A stretch of 64,000 nucleotides of DNA from positions 44,826,001-44,890,000 of the forward strand of contig CM114271.1 of assembly GCA_050084515.1 (NCBI GenBank). Direction: 5' to 3'. Below are positions 41,400 to 53,000 of the stretch, piece after piece. Positions within the stretch are counted from its first letter, which is position 1; each line of letters opens with the position of its first letter. Under the pieces are notes generated by a model. It was not told the DNA's origin. It worked only from the letters and a program-made list of their open reading frames with translations, and did no database searches. This DNA is from Blasia pusilla. Lineage: Eukaryota. A program made the translations under genes and the position numbers.

Positions 41400-42600
41400 G
41401 GGTCAGACGCTTCCGTTGGGAGGGGACACATGTTTTGAGGGTTTGGGAGGATGGCAGAGTACGCGTAGTGCCACATCTTTCGCAGAAAGCACGACTAGTG
41501 CAGCATGCCCACGAGGAGTTGGGTCACTTTGGGGTGAAGCGGACGTACAGCTTGCTCTAGATTTAGTATTGGTGGCGAGGCATGCAAACTGACGTTCAGC
41601 AGTTTGTTGCCATGTGCATGGTGTGTGATCGGGTCCGAGCATCGTTCCATGCTCTAACTCCACAGTTGCATCCATTACCGATCATGGGCTTAGGGTGTAG
41701 ATGGATTTTGGATTTTGCAGGACCTTTGCCTTTGACAGAATGTCATGGTTGTTATGTGTTGGTGATGGTCGAGCACTTCTCAAAGTGGATCGAGTTGGTT
41801 GCATTGCCTGACAAAGCGAGTGAGGGAGTAGCTTATGCCTTCCTTGACAGAGTGTTGAGTCAATATGGTGCACCGGTTGAGGTGTTGCAGACCATGGTAC
41901 CGAGTTTCGGGGTGAGTTCCAAGCCTTGTGTGATCAAGCGCTGATCGACCACCGCACGACTTGGCGAGATCATCCCGAGGCGGATGGATTAGCGGAGAGA
42001 GTTGTGCAGACGGTGAAGAGAGGTTTACGCAAGTATGGCTTGCACAGAGGTCACCTAGGAGATTGGGACCTCCAGTTGCCATGGTTGGCGATGGGAAACA
42101 GATTCAGCAGGCAGACATCCTTAGCATCTTTTTCACCGTATTTGCTACTTTATGGCCGAGAGCCAGATTTACCTACGGCCATTCGTCGAGATGCTGATGA
42201 GGTGCTGGACCTTGATGACCCAGATGTATGGGTGCGAGCATGTTCTCAGAGGGCTGAGTTGTTTTGGAGAGTGATGCCCATGGCGTTTGAGAACTTGGCG
42301 ATTGCGCAACATCGAGATACGTTGAGGTATGTGACTATTCGGGGAGGTGGTTATCGACCAACTATCGGGAGGTTTCATCGGGGAGATTTTGTCTACTTGC
42401 AGCAGACGGCACCGACGACGTTGGATGTGACTACATGGCGTACTATCCTGAGAGTGCTTGACGTTTTGCCATCCGGTGTTCTTTTGCTGGAGGGACGCGA
42501 TGGTATGGTATGGAAGGACCATGTGCGTAATTGTGCACCATGTCACCTTCCTAACATTGATAGTACAATGGATCCGAGCTTAGTAGTAGTTCCAACAGGC
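41400..42600 (+). pseudogene. DDE integrase with HHCC zinc domain
   Basis: HAHEELGHFG...CMVC, LDFAGP, EHFSKW, DHGTEF (frameshifted), HPEADGLAERVV, SPYLLLYGR. Confidence 0.93.
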
Positions 42601-42606
42601 TTGCGT

Positions 42607-42747
42607 TGTATGTTGTGTGGTTCTGCCCGTGGTGCGGCCACGATGGTGGTCTGTGATGGTTGTTCGAGAGGTTGGCATATGGCATGTCTGACGCCACCTC
42701 TCACTAGGGTTCCTTGGGGACGATGGATGTATGCCACATGTACTTAG
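42607..42747 (+). pseudogene. C-terminal PHD finger fused in frame to integrase
   Basis: CMLC...MVVCDGCSRGWHMACLTPPLTRVPWGRWMYATC fits C4HC3, with the penultimate Cys mutated to Tyr (TGT>TAT). Confidence 0.9.
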
Positions 42748-42930
42748 AGGAGATACTAGGTAGGTTTCGATCCCGACTTTTTCTCTGACATGGATGACAT
42801 GAAGGCGACTAACAATGGGGCCACATGAGCACCCGGCCTTCTTGCTCTTAGCGTCCGGGAGATGTATGTCATGGTAGGTAGGGATAGATGGCTATCTGGA
42901 GTTATAGGGACCTAACCACCAACTAGGGGG

Positions 42931-43061
42931 GCGATTGGAGATACTTTGGTACTTCTTGTCTCGTTGTTTGGATGCCATAAGTTAGCATGGGATCGTGCGT
43001 GTTTGTGTGTGTGTTTGGTGATAGCGATGTATATTGTGTAGCGATGTGTATGCGCACGACA
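42931..43061 (+). repeat. Split direct repeat B1
   Basis: Near-identical to 43578-43706. Ends GCGCACGACA. Confidence 0.92.
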
Positions 43062-43063
43062 AG

Positions 43064-43706
43064 TGTCACGTCCTTTAGGATAGATCGGTGAGATCTAGTA
43101 GAGCGTCTTCAAGAGTAGTGGAGGACAGGCCTAGGAGGTCGAGGATGACTTGCTGAGGCCCTGGAAAACCTGAGAGACCAGGTTTCCCCTTCGTTTTGGC
43201 TCATTTGGAGCCATATTGAGGAACTTACTATTTTAGGTAAGTACCATTTTGAGTATATGATCAGCTTTCTATTTTTTGTAAGTGGCCCTTGACCTCCTAC
43301 ATTAGGTGAAGAGCCAAAGAGGTGACTTGGGAGAATAGGTTACCATGGAGAGAGATTGGGAGAGGGAAGGGGTATATATCCCAATGAGAGAGAGCTTGAG
43401 AGCTCATTCTCTCTTTGTTGAACCTCTTGGCATGAGGCGGCAGAGCTATGGTCCCTTGCCTTGTGAGTATAACCCAAGCCTCTCATTAGGAGAGTGGGTT
43501 TGGTTTGACATGAGAGAGAGTGCACACCTTTGAGAGCTATGGTGTGAGATTGTATAGAGAGAGATTATGTAGAGAGAGATTGGAGATATTTTGGTACTTC
43601 TTGTCTCATTGTTTGGATGCCATGAGTTAGCATGGGATCGTGCGTGTTTGTGTGTGTGTTCGGTGATAGCGATGTATGTTGTGTAGCGATGTGTATGCGC
43701 ACAACA
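43064..43706 (+). repeat. Split direct repeats A2 (43064-43584) and B2 (43578-43706)
   Basis: A2 matches A1 and B2 matches B1. They overlap at GATTGGA. Confidence 0.92.
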
Positions 43707-44832
43707 TATGTTACAAATCTTGGAGATACAAAGTGACCTACTCTGTTCGTGCGCTCACACAAGAGCTTCGATGGAATTGGCCTTGAACATGGATATAACT
43801 CGTCATACGAGAATACGTTATCACTATGGCTCCCGGCTATTTGACTTCTCGAGAAATCAGGGTTTTTACCTAATTTTCTTTGTTTCTATTTATAGAAAAA
43901 ACCGTGAGGGATTGCGTCCTATACCCCCGCGTCATTTGGCATCGCATCTAATCCTACTCCAAAAACCACCTTCATGATATTATTATAACTCCTCCAACGT
44001 CTAAGTCTGAACCATCAGTCCAAGCTTCTCCTTGTATAAGGGGGCCGATCAGTTTAATGTTGAGAATCCAATATTTTTTTGATAGTGACTAATAAATTTG
44101 CTTGAAGTAATTAATTTCAAAGTGGGTTGATTCATTGAATTGTGATGGTGAATATTTGATAATTAGAGAATAAATTTTTCTATCACAAAGTATACAAGTT
44201 TGGGAGCATCTAATTTTTGGCTAGCCAAATCTCACACATCGATGACAAAGATAAATTCCATGGAAGAAAATTTCCAATTGGCCTCTTGAAATTCAAAGTT
44301 TTGATTGTTAATGATCATAGTGCATAACTCCTATTTCCAAACTTGGACAATGATCCACCACAACTATTGGTCAATCAAGCTTTGGGTAGTTATCAGTTGT
44401 GGCCAAACAGTAATGCCAAGAAAACTCAAATTCTTGCACCTTAGTTTTTAAATTAGATTAGAGATTATTTTAGGTTTTTTGGTGAATTCCAATTCCTCTT
44501 TTACAAGAATTTTGAACTTCAATTTATGTTGTTAGTCCTAGTGCTATATGCACATTTTGGCTAGTAGTGTTGTGAGTTATATTTCTATTGTTAAGTTTGA
44601 ATATCTTCCATCATCATAGAAATGAACGTCAATGAATCTTTGTTTATTGAATTTCATGCATCATCATAAGATGCAACATGCATATGATATATTTTTTTCA
44701 TCGTTATTTTTCTAATATTCATGTAATTTCAAGCTACATTGTGGGCTTCTAATGATTTTGAAATTCTTTACATTAAGGAAACTGGTATAGTTATTAAATA
44801 GGTATCATGTGCATACACAATATACATTATGG

Positions 44833-45901
44833 TATCATGCGCATACACAACATACATTGTTGTAATTGAATCTACAAAAAAAACACATAAGATGTCATAC
44901 TAATTCATGACATATAAACATCGAGACAATTGAGTATCAAAATATCTCTAATAAATCAAAATCTTTTATAACGTGCAGACAAATCCATCTCTCCATATTA
45001 TGCCAAACTAAATTTACTCTCCTAATAAGAGGTTTGGATTACTCATAAGGCAAGGAGGACCATAACTCTGTCGCCTCATGCTAAGAGATTCAACAAAGAG
45101 AGAATAAGCGGGGTCTACTTCCTTCCCTCTCCTAAGCTCTCTACGTGGTAACCTATGGTCGCATATCATCTCCTTGGCTCTTGACATGCTGAAGAGAATG
45201 AAGGGTAACTTCCCAAAGTGGAAAGTGAGCTATATTCATAACATTGTATTATCCGAAATAGTAAGTGTATAAATATAGCTCCAAATGAGCAAAAACGAAG
45301 GGAATGTTGGATTCTCAAAATCCACTTCTCTCCCCAACATTAATATGATTGGCCCCCTTATATGAGGAGAAGCCTAGATTGATGCTTCCGACTTAGATGT
45401 TGAAGGAGTCATAGTAATATGACGTAGGTGGTTTATGGAGTAGCGTTATTAGGATTTTATGACCCTATATTGCATAAGGGTCCGGGGCACCCTGACGCGT
45501 CCTAGGAGCGCAGTCCCTGGTATGCCAAGATGATGCAGGGGTCGGGCAAACTTTATCTATAAATAGAAACAAAGAAAAATAGACAAAAAATCTTAGTTTC
45601 CCGAGTGGTGACATAGTCGGGAGCCGCAACGGTAGCACATTCTCGTATGTCGAGTAATCTCAATGTTCAGGTTCCATCTAAGCTCTTCTCTGAGCGCACA
45701 GACGGACTAGGCCACTTTGTATCTCCATGATTTGCAACATATTTTAGTGATTCCCTCGCATTCTTTTTTCTCGTAGGGAAAACCTCCTCTCCAAGGTTAC
45801 TTGAGGCCTCAACAAGTCATTTTGACCTTCTCAGGCTGTCCTCTGGTATCCTCAGAGCCGCCCTGCTAGAAACTCGTCAATCTATCCTACAAGACGTGCC
45901 A
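44833..45901 (-). mobile_element. Solo AB unit of family 1, interrupted by a solo LTR
   Basis: B at 44833-44950, A at 44990-45304 and 45781-45901. ATGG on both flanks (44829-44832, 45902-45905). Confidence 0.75.
45305..45775 (-). mobile_element. Conventional solo LTR with 5-bp TSD
   Basis: TGTTGG...TCGTA on the plus strand, flanked by GGGAA at 45300-45304 and 45776-45780. Homologous to 43711-44073. Confidence 0.8.
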
Positions 45902-46449
45902 ATGGAATAAGAAAGGGAAATTATGAAGGAAATTGTGTTTTCTTAGTTTACCATTGGAACCGACTAAAAAAGTTAAGTTTGACGGTGAGAAGGAGCTAAA
46001 GGATAGATCTCATATGAAGAAGATGTTGAAAAGATTCCCTCTAGCAAAGTAGATTTCCAAAGTTGACTTTACTATCAATGTTGAGGGAGCACATATGAGG
46101 GCATAGAAGAAACTCTGTACATGCTTCTCTTAGTATTGGAACTTAAGTTATGATATCCTTTTTGTTGGAAATGTGCAAAAAAGTACAAAAGGATGTTACT
46201 CACCCTATTTCAACTTAAGTTTTGATAGACCTTACTAGTTTATATGGTTCGAATTGGCAAAGAAGGTCGTTTCTTGTCGTATCTTCCCCTTAGTGAGAGT
46301 TTGAATGGGCTCCGTATCGCTAGTTTATAGCATCCAATTCCACTATTTCAAAGCATATGGAGCCACAAATTTTAAAGTATTTTTATCTGCATTTAAGGGG
46401 CTATTGACGTGGGGATAAGATATTGGAACTTAAGTTCCAATCCAATTGT

Positions 46450-47435
46450 CACTACTACATTTTCATCACTCTACAAGTCACGAGTTGCAACTTAGCCATC
46501 ATATAGTCTTGGAAAAATCGCACTCGTTATTAATTTGCAAACATAAAAATTTGACTTGCAAATTATTACTCTAACATGACTTGGAATCTATTTTTCTTAT
46601 AAACCAAAATAAAGTCATAACTCAATAGCAAAAGGCTTGTAAGATGATCATATGTGATTCAAAACCTCTTTGCAACTTCGTGACTTATTTATGGGCATTT
46701 ATGAATTTGAGAAGTCACCAATACCTTGCAAAAAAATTGATTCACGACTTTCTTTAAAAGAATCACAAGTTTTTTTTTTCAGAAAGGTCCCAAAAAAGCA
46801 AGTTCAAATAGTGTTCTTTTGCACTCCCAAACAACTTGCAAAGTAGTGGTTTTGGACTTACAAGAGACTTGCAAATCATTGTTTTTGGACTGTGGGCAAA
46901 TATTTGTTTTTCTCCTATTTTGCTCAGTTTGGACTTTATTTGGTCTATATAACACTTTTTAAATGGGGGTTTGGTTTCTTGTAATTTTTTCTTAGGGATG
47001 GCTTTGCTTTTTCTTTTTTTTCTTTCCCTTTATCATTCCCTATAGTTTAGAACCAATCATTTAAAAAAACTAGTTGTAAAGTGAGAAGAGGAATCCAAGA
47101 AAGTTTAGAGGAAAATCAAAGATGGAACGGTTTGGAGGCGAGAGCAAAATTTGTGTTTCACGTTCCATCGTGTGCAAGTACATCTAAACTCTTATATTAT
47201 GAGTCAATTCTGTCTCCGAGAATTAGTAAGTTGCGATGTCCACAACTCACATTTTGCGAGACATTTATGAGGCACATTCATAAAAACCAATGGGAGTTAT
47301 TTGCATCTTGCAGGACTTGTAACTTACTTGTAATTGATTTATAAAGCTCATAAGAGTTGCAAACTAGAGTTGACTTGCAAATTTGAAAGAAGGAATCGCA
47401 AGATGACGAACAATATTCTCTTATCCTTGGTAGTG
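46450..47435. mobile_element. Non-autonomous CACTA DNA transposon
   Basis: CACTAC...GTAGTG termini, 3-bp TSD TGT (46447-46449, 47436-47438), many GACTTGCAA/AGTTGCAA subterminal-type repeats. Confidence 0.75.
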
Positions 47436-47590
47436 TGTAACATATATTGGATTGAGGGTCACATATGAGATATAAGAATATTTCACCAATTAAGCAGAAT
47501 AATAGAGCAAAAGGTAATTGGAACTAAAGTTCCAATTTGACCACAATTAAGTTTGGTTGCACTCTTTTAAATTTTGTTTTGGTAAATGAT

Positions 47591-50072
47591 ATTGGAAACT
47601 CAAGGATCATGCAATTATAGAAACATGGCAAGCGAGAGAGACATATTTCATGATATGAAATGAGCCACTAGCACCATCAATTCTCATGAGTCATAAGCTC
47701 TACATAGTCCTACTTGCTATAGATATGGAAAGATATTTTGGATGCTTTCCAATCTAATCCTTCTGATTCTATGTACACACTAACACATAAGGAATGAAAA
47801 TTTGAACTTCTTGTTGTTACTACTAAGAACATTGTTGGAATAACTTTGTAACACTCCCACTTAGTGACTATAGCAAGTAAGTTTATTCTTGTGCTAAATA
47901 GGCATATCTTTAGCCAATCCTTTTATAAGAATATTTGCTACCGTGCATACCATCAATGTCACAATAGATCACTTTAATGACCTCCTATTGTATCAAATCT
48001 CGTATAAAATGATATTGAATGTCAATGTGCTTTATTCCATCATTTTATATGCTATTCTCTAGCAATGCAATTGCACCTTTATTACCCCAATCTACAATGA
48101 TATAATATTTTCAATGTCCTAGATCAGCAAGTAAATTCCTTAATCAAGTTGCTTTGGTGCTTGCTCTTGCTAAAGCCATATACTTTGATTATGTAGTTGA
48201 GGAAGCTATTGAATTTTGCTTCTTACTCACTCAACTAACGGCTCCATGACCCAATATGAAAAAAATCCAAAAGTTTGCCTTATGCCATCAAGGATTCAAG
48301 CCCAATCAGCATCAGAGTAACCAATCAATCTTCCATCATTAGAGGATCTCTACAACTTCATATCGATGGATACTTTACCTTTCAAGTATCAAAAGATTCT
48401 CTTGATTGCATTCCGGTGCTTTTGTTTAGGGTTAGCCATGTAATATGATACAACACTAATAAAAAAAGATAATTGTACTCAACTTCAATACTTTAGTACA
48501 ACTTCTAACCAAGAGAATATCAACTACATTCAAGGCCAAGTATAAATAGTCTTTTTTTTTTTAAGAACATAAACATTTGAATCTGAAATGTATTTCTCAA
48601 AATTTAACCTCAACAAGTAAAAGTCCATCCTTTGATACCACAATGTTGACAATTGCTTCAAGAAAGAAAGGTTTATTTAGCCTCCATACACACTCGATCT
48701 GATTACGGCCCTTACATATATGCCTTGTTTTGTTTCTTGGCCGGGAAAGCTATCCAACACATCAACTTGATTCGTGTGACTTTTCCTATCATAGATTGAA
48801 AATTCTGCATTTTGAGAGAAGTTATTAGATTCATGTAATTATATATGTGGGGTTATGAGATTTGTATGATATTAATAAGTTCGTGTGACATTACTACAAT
48901 TTTGTGTGACTTTAAGACTTAAACTCACGTCTATACGAACTTAAATTTTCTCGAGTTGTATATATGAACTTTCTCAAACCTCTTTCGTTGCGGGAGACTT
49001 CCATCTTGGATTTTTATCTCTCGGAGGGCTCGCGATATCCCGGATCCCATGGCCGAAGGAAAATATATCAACCCACCTACTATTGTGGGTTGGCGGTAAC
49101 TTCGTGTCCTATCTTTGCTGTGGCATGGAGTTAACCTTTCCTTCTTCCTAACTTAAATTAAATAATGTTTTACATCAATCTCTCCTAAAAAGAGGGCCGC
49201 ATATTGGTTGGTAAGAGTCTCTTAACCCTTTTGCTTCAAGTATATCATTCAAGAATGTCGTTTCCACATCCAATTGATGTATCTCAATATCAAATTACGC
49301 CCCTAAAGCATAATCTATTTCCGTTAGTGTTCTCTCTAAAAAGTGCAATAGTGAGTTTAATGTAGACTATGGTTTGCACCAAGCCTGATCCATCTTGGTA
49401 CAAAGCATAACCCGCGTCAAATTCACTATTGCACTTGTATAAGGAACCTTCTTCAAAAAGCATGATTTATCATCATTTTCTGGGCAATCTCTCTCAATGA
49501 CCCTTTGGTCTCACTTGATAAGATTAAACAAAAGTTTATAATAATACATGTTCAATCTTTTCACAAATCTTTAAGTGTATCTTTCATGGGAATGTTAAAT
49601 CCATCCCTCCTCTCTAATTCGAGTAACCTCCATATGTAGGAAGTTATGGATCTCTCCAAGGTCTATCATCTTGAATTCCTTCTTCAATAAGTCATTTACA
49701 AACTTCAATAGTTTAGTACAATTGCTAGCCAAGAGAATATCATCTACATATAAGGCCAAGTATGAATAACATTTTTTTAAAGAATATAAACATTTGAATC
49801 CGAAATAGATCTCTCAAAATTTAACTTCAACAAGAAAGAGTCCATTCTTTGATACCACAATCTTGACAACTGGTTCAAGCCATTTTTTTTGCCTCCACAC
49901 ATACTTGACTTGATTGGTAAGACTCTCCTACCCCGTTTGCTTTAAGTAAATAATTCAAGAATGTCATTTTCACATCCAAATTATGCACCTAAAGCAAGAA
50001 TTACCCAAATTGATGTAGTCTTAACCACATGTATGAATATGAGTATAATAAATTCCATAAAGCTGAGAATAT
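47591..50072 (-). mobile_element. Ty1/Copia 3' fragment: RT and RNase H remnants, PPT and 3' LTR (~47591-47853)
   Basis: IGYSDADWA, KHIDIQYHFIRD, LALYVDDILL, HQLDVETTFLN. AAGTGGGAG PPT then TGTTAC. RT is partly duplicated and continues at 53563-53610 (GSIKRYKEKLVVKG) beyond the family-2 insertion. Confidence 0.8.
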
Positions 50073-53000
50073 TGTCACATCTTATTCCGACGTAGGTAGA
50101 GTTCTATCGTGTCGACGACATAGTGAGTCAACGGGCTGTTTGGGTGTAACTTTGTCTCAAGATGTCGGATAAGGTTGGCAACAGGTCTGTTGTGTCGGGA
50201 ATGTTGTTTATGGCAATTTCCATATTTTGGTTTTAGGCTGTCAAGTAGCCCGTTCACCGAGTCAACGGTCACTCGATAACCTGTGCACATAGGTTACCGT
50301 TTGGAGGGCTACTTTTTTGGGAAGAGCCTTTTGGCTCTCCCCAAGGATATAAGAATGAGAGAGATGGTTTTCCCAAGCTATCTTTCTCATGTTGAGCCTT
50401 AGGAGCGCCTCTCTTGCATAGACGTGTGTGGATACGTAGGAGTTAGGGTGCTAGCGTCCCGATTCCCTCGTAGTAGAGGGTGGATGTGGTGTCGCCTTAA
50501 GGAATAACTCAGTTTTCCTCGAGTCTAGAGTTGCTCTTTCGGAAGAAGAAAATTGAAATAACCGCTTCTCAAACTCCGCAATAATTCATTTGAAGTCATT
50601 CACTTCCCTAGACGTTGCTCTATCCATTCTAAAAAACCCCTCTTAGTCACCCAATCCACATCATCATGGAAGAATTCTCCTTTCAGCAACTGCTCATACT
50701 CCTCCCACGAGGTTGGATTTTTTGCTCTCAACTTCTTTACTTGACTATGAATCTTTGGTGTTACAGCTAAGTCAAAACTTGACACCATATCACCTTCGGG
50801 TACACGATTTACCTCCATCTCACATACTTACTCTCTAACATACTTGGTGATGTTCATCCCATCAAATCTCCCCAACTTCTTTACAATCGCTTGAAGAGCC
50901 CTTGTTGATCTTTGCTCTCCTATGTGAACTCCTCCTTGTTGGCTCAACAATGTTGTCAAAGTTCGGAGAAGATCCTCAACTCCCTCAGTTCCCATTGATG
51001 AAGTACTACCAAAAGTCGTCATCTTGATAAGACTCCAACTTGCAAACACAATCTACCACCTCAAAGATCTCTTAGTGGAAGCACCATTTGTCATGTCGAG
51101 AGCCTTTCTTTGAGTAAGGGCAGGCCTTCTAGTTGCGGCAGACGTGGTCGATGAAAGGTGAACTCTCTAAGAAGTTATATGTTTTCAATACAAAATTATT
51201 ATGTATACTCTCCATTCTCTTACAATAGGTATCACAAATGGAAGTGTCGAGGCGATCACTTCTTTGTAACATCGGACCCCGGAATTCCTAACTATAAAAT
51301 CCCTATAAACTACTTTGCGCTTGTACACGAGGAAGATAGCACAACTAATGTTAAACCCTAATTGAGCAGGCCTATTGACGTCCGTGGATCGCTATATAAG
51401 GACATACAAAGTACAATCCCATGTATTTCCATATGTAACGATAGGAAGGATCACCGAAGTTGGAGATTGAATGATCTGGTTCATGAACACCTCTCAAAAG
51501 TGATAAACTAAATAGCGAGTGAACCAATGCTTATCTACAAAAAGTATCTTGACATGGTATGGATTCAGGAAAGGAAAGTCGGGCATAACTCGTGCTCCAT
51601 CCCTATCCACGCTTGACAGACATTCTCTACTCTCCTCAAGAATGAGTTTTGGCGGAGTTATTCTCCCAAGAGGGGTAGTCCACTCTCATTGGGAAAGTAA
51701 CAAGCCAAAATATCCACTATTTTAGTATGACTAAACTCTTATAAGGTAACAAACCTCTCATCTCCACACACACACACCACACTCTAGAATCCTCTTCAAG
51801 AATAGACCATGGTCAAGTTACTCTCCCAATAAAGGTGATCCACTCTCATTGGAAGAGCAAGTAATCCCAAAGCCATACACTCAAGAGTGACACGAGAAAC
51901 TCAAGATGCGGAATAGAAGGTGATGAACCCTTGAAAGTCTCTCCTCTTTATATACTCACAAGTGATCCATAAGAGTACGAAATAGAACTAATCTTATCTT
52001 GTGCCACATGGCTTCCTCTCAAGGCTTAGCCAATCACATTTTGACGCAAGTAGATTTCCTCTTATCTCTGCCAAAATATCCTCTTTTACCCACTTGATAT
52101 TTTCGAAATTACCCCAACTAACCTAGCCACCAACCAAACCTAGCTTTTCTTTTCATTAAAGCTCCAACCTCACTACTTTACTTTTATAAAGTCGTCTTTT
52201 ATTTATTACCTCTTTTCCTAAAGTTGGGCCCGCATAAAAGAGGCACCATAAAGAGGTTTAAACATGGGAATTTACTTTTCCTAAGCTAATTTACTTAATA
52301 CTAATAAAACCCTATCTAACACTTAACGAGGAAAGAGTTTACACACTGGCTGATTTTACTACACGACAATGGTGACCACGTTGGCAACATTCATAGTTGG
52401 TGTTCATTGATCAGAAGGGTTTGGAGAGAGGAGCACACATGCGGAGGATATTCTCGTAGTGGATAGTCCCACAGAGAGACATGCCAAGGTGGGTGTTTCT
52501 TTCCATGGTTCAGAACTTCTTTATTATTGTTCGGGACGAGCGTTGAGATGCATGGAGTGCAGATAAGATCGTGAGGTAGGCGTGGAGCTGTGCCTATGCT
52601 TGGATCAAGGTACGAGAGTGTTAGATCTCTCCGGAGGGATCAACACAGGGGGTTGTTGTAGTGTGGCAGTGTTGTAGGGATGACGATATCGATGTGTGTA
52701 GGATAGGAGATCTTGTCGGATACATATGTATGTGCTATCTCGAGTTAGGGGGACCCAACTGCCAGCTAGGGGGCGGTTTTCGGGTCCCAGTATATATGTG
52801 TGAGTATGTTTCATTTATGTGTGGATCTACTCGTATGTCGGGGAAGATTGGTGTTGTGTGGTGTGTACATGTGACCAACAATGTGGGTTGTATAGCAATG
52901 TGTATGCACACGATAATTGTCACATATTATTTCAACGCAAGTAGAGTTCTATCACATCGACGGCATAATGAGTTAGCGGGATGTTTGGGTGTAACTTTGT

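Larger units (their letters stand above)
33680..43706 (+). mobile_element. Near-complete Ty3/Gypsy-type retroelement with split direct repeats (A1-gag-PR-DNMT-RT-RH-IN-PHD-B1-A2-B2), family 1
   Basis: TGTCACG...CACAACA termini. TATG duplicated at 33676-33679 and 43707-43710. All domains recognisable in order. Confidence 0.93.
33642..44073 (+). mobile_element. Conventional solo LTR (33642-33679 plus 43711-44073) split by the 10-kb element
   Basis: Joining the two flanks restores a sequence colinear with the uninterrupted paralogs at 45305-45775 (minus) and 18941-19160. Confidence 0.75.

Noticed and set aside
42931-43706. Ordinary two-LTR element with a truncated 5' LTR plus a chance tandem solo LTR
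   Set aside because: The same B1-NN-A2-B2 order with a 2-nt spacer occurs in three copies from two families, A1 lacks B in independent copies, and the TSDs enclose the whole A1-to-B2 unit.
33680-43706. DIRS/Ngaro tyrosine-recombinase element
   Set aside because: It has a protease and an HHCC-DDE integrase, makes a TSD, and shows no recognisable YR motifs. Its methylase has C5 motifs (PC, ENV), not the adenine-methylase type of DIRS elements.
44801-44860. 30-bp tandem repeat as a CRISPR-like array
   Set aside because: Only two units with no spacers. It is a local duplication of a B tip in eukaryotic DNA.
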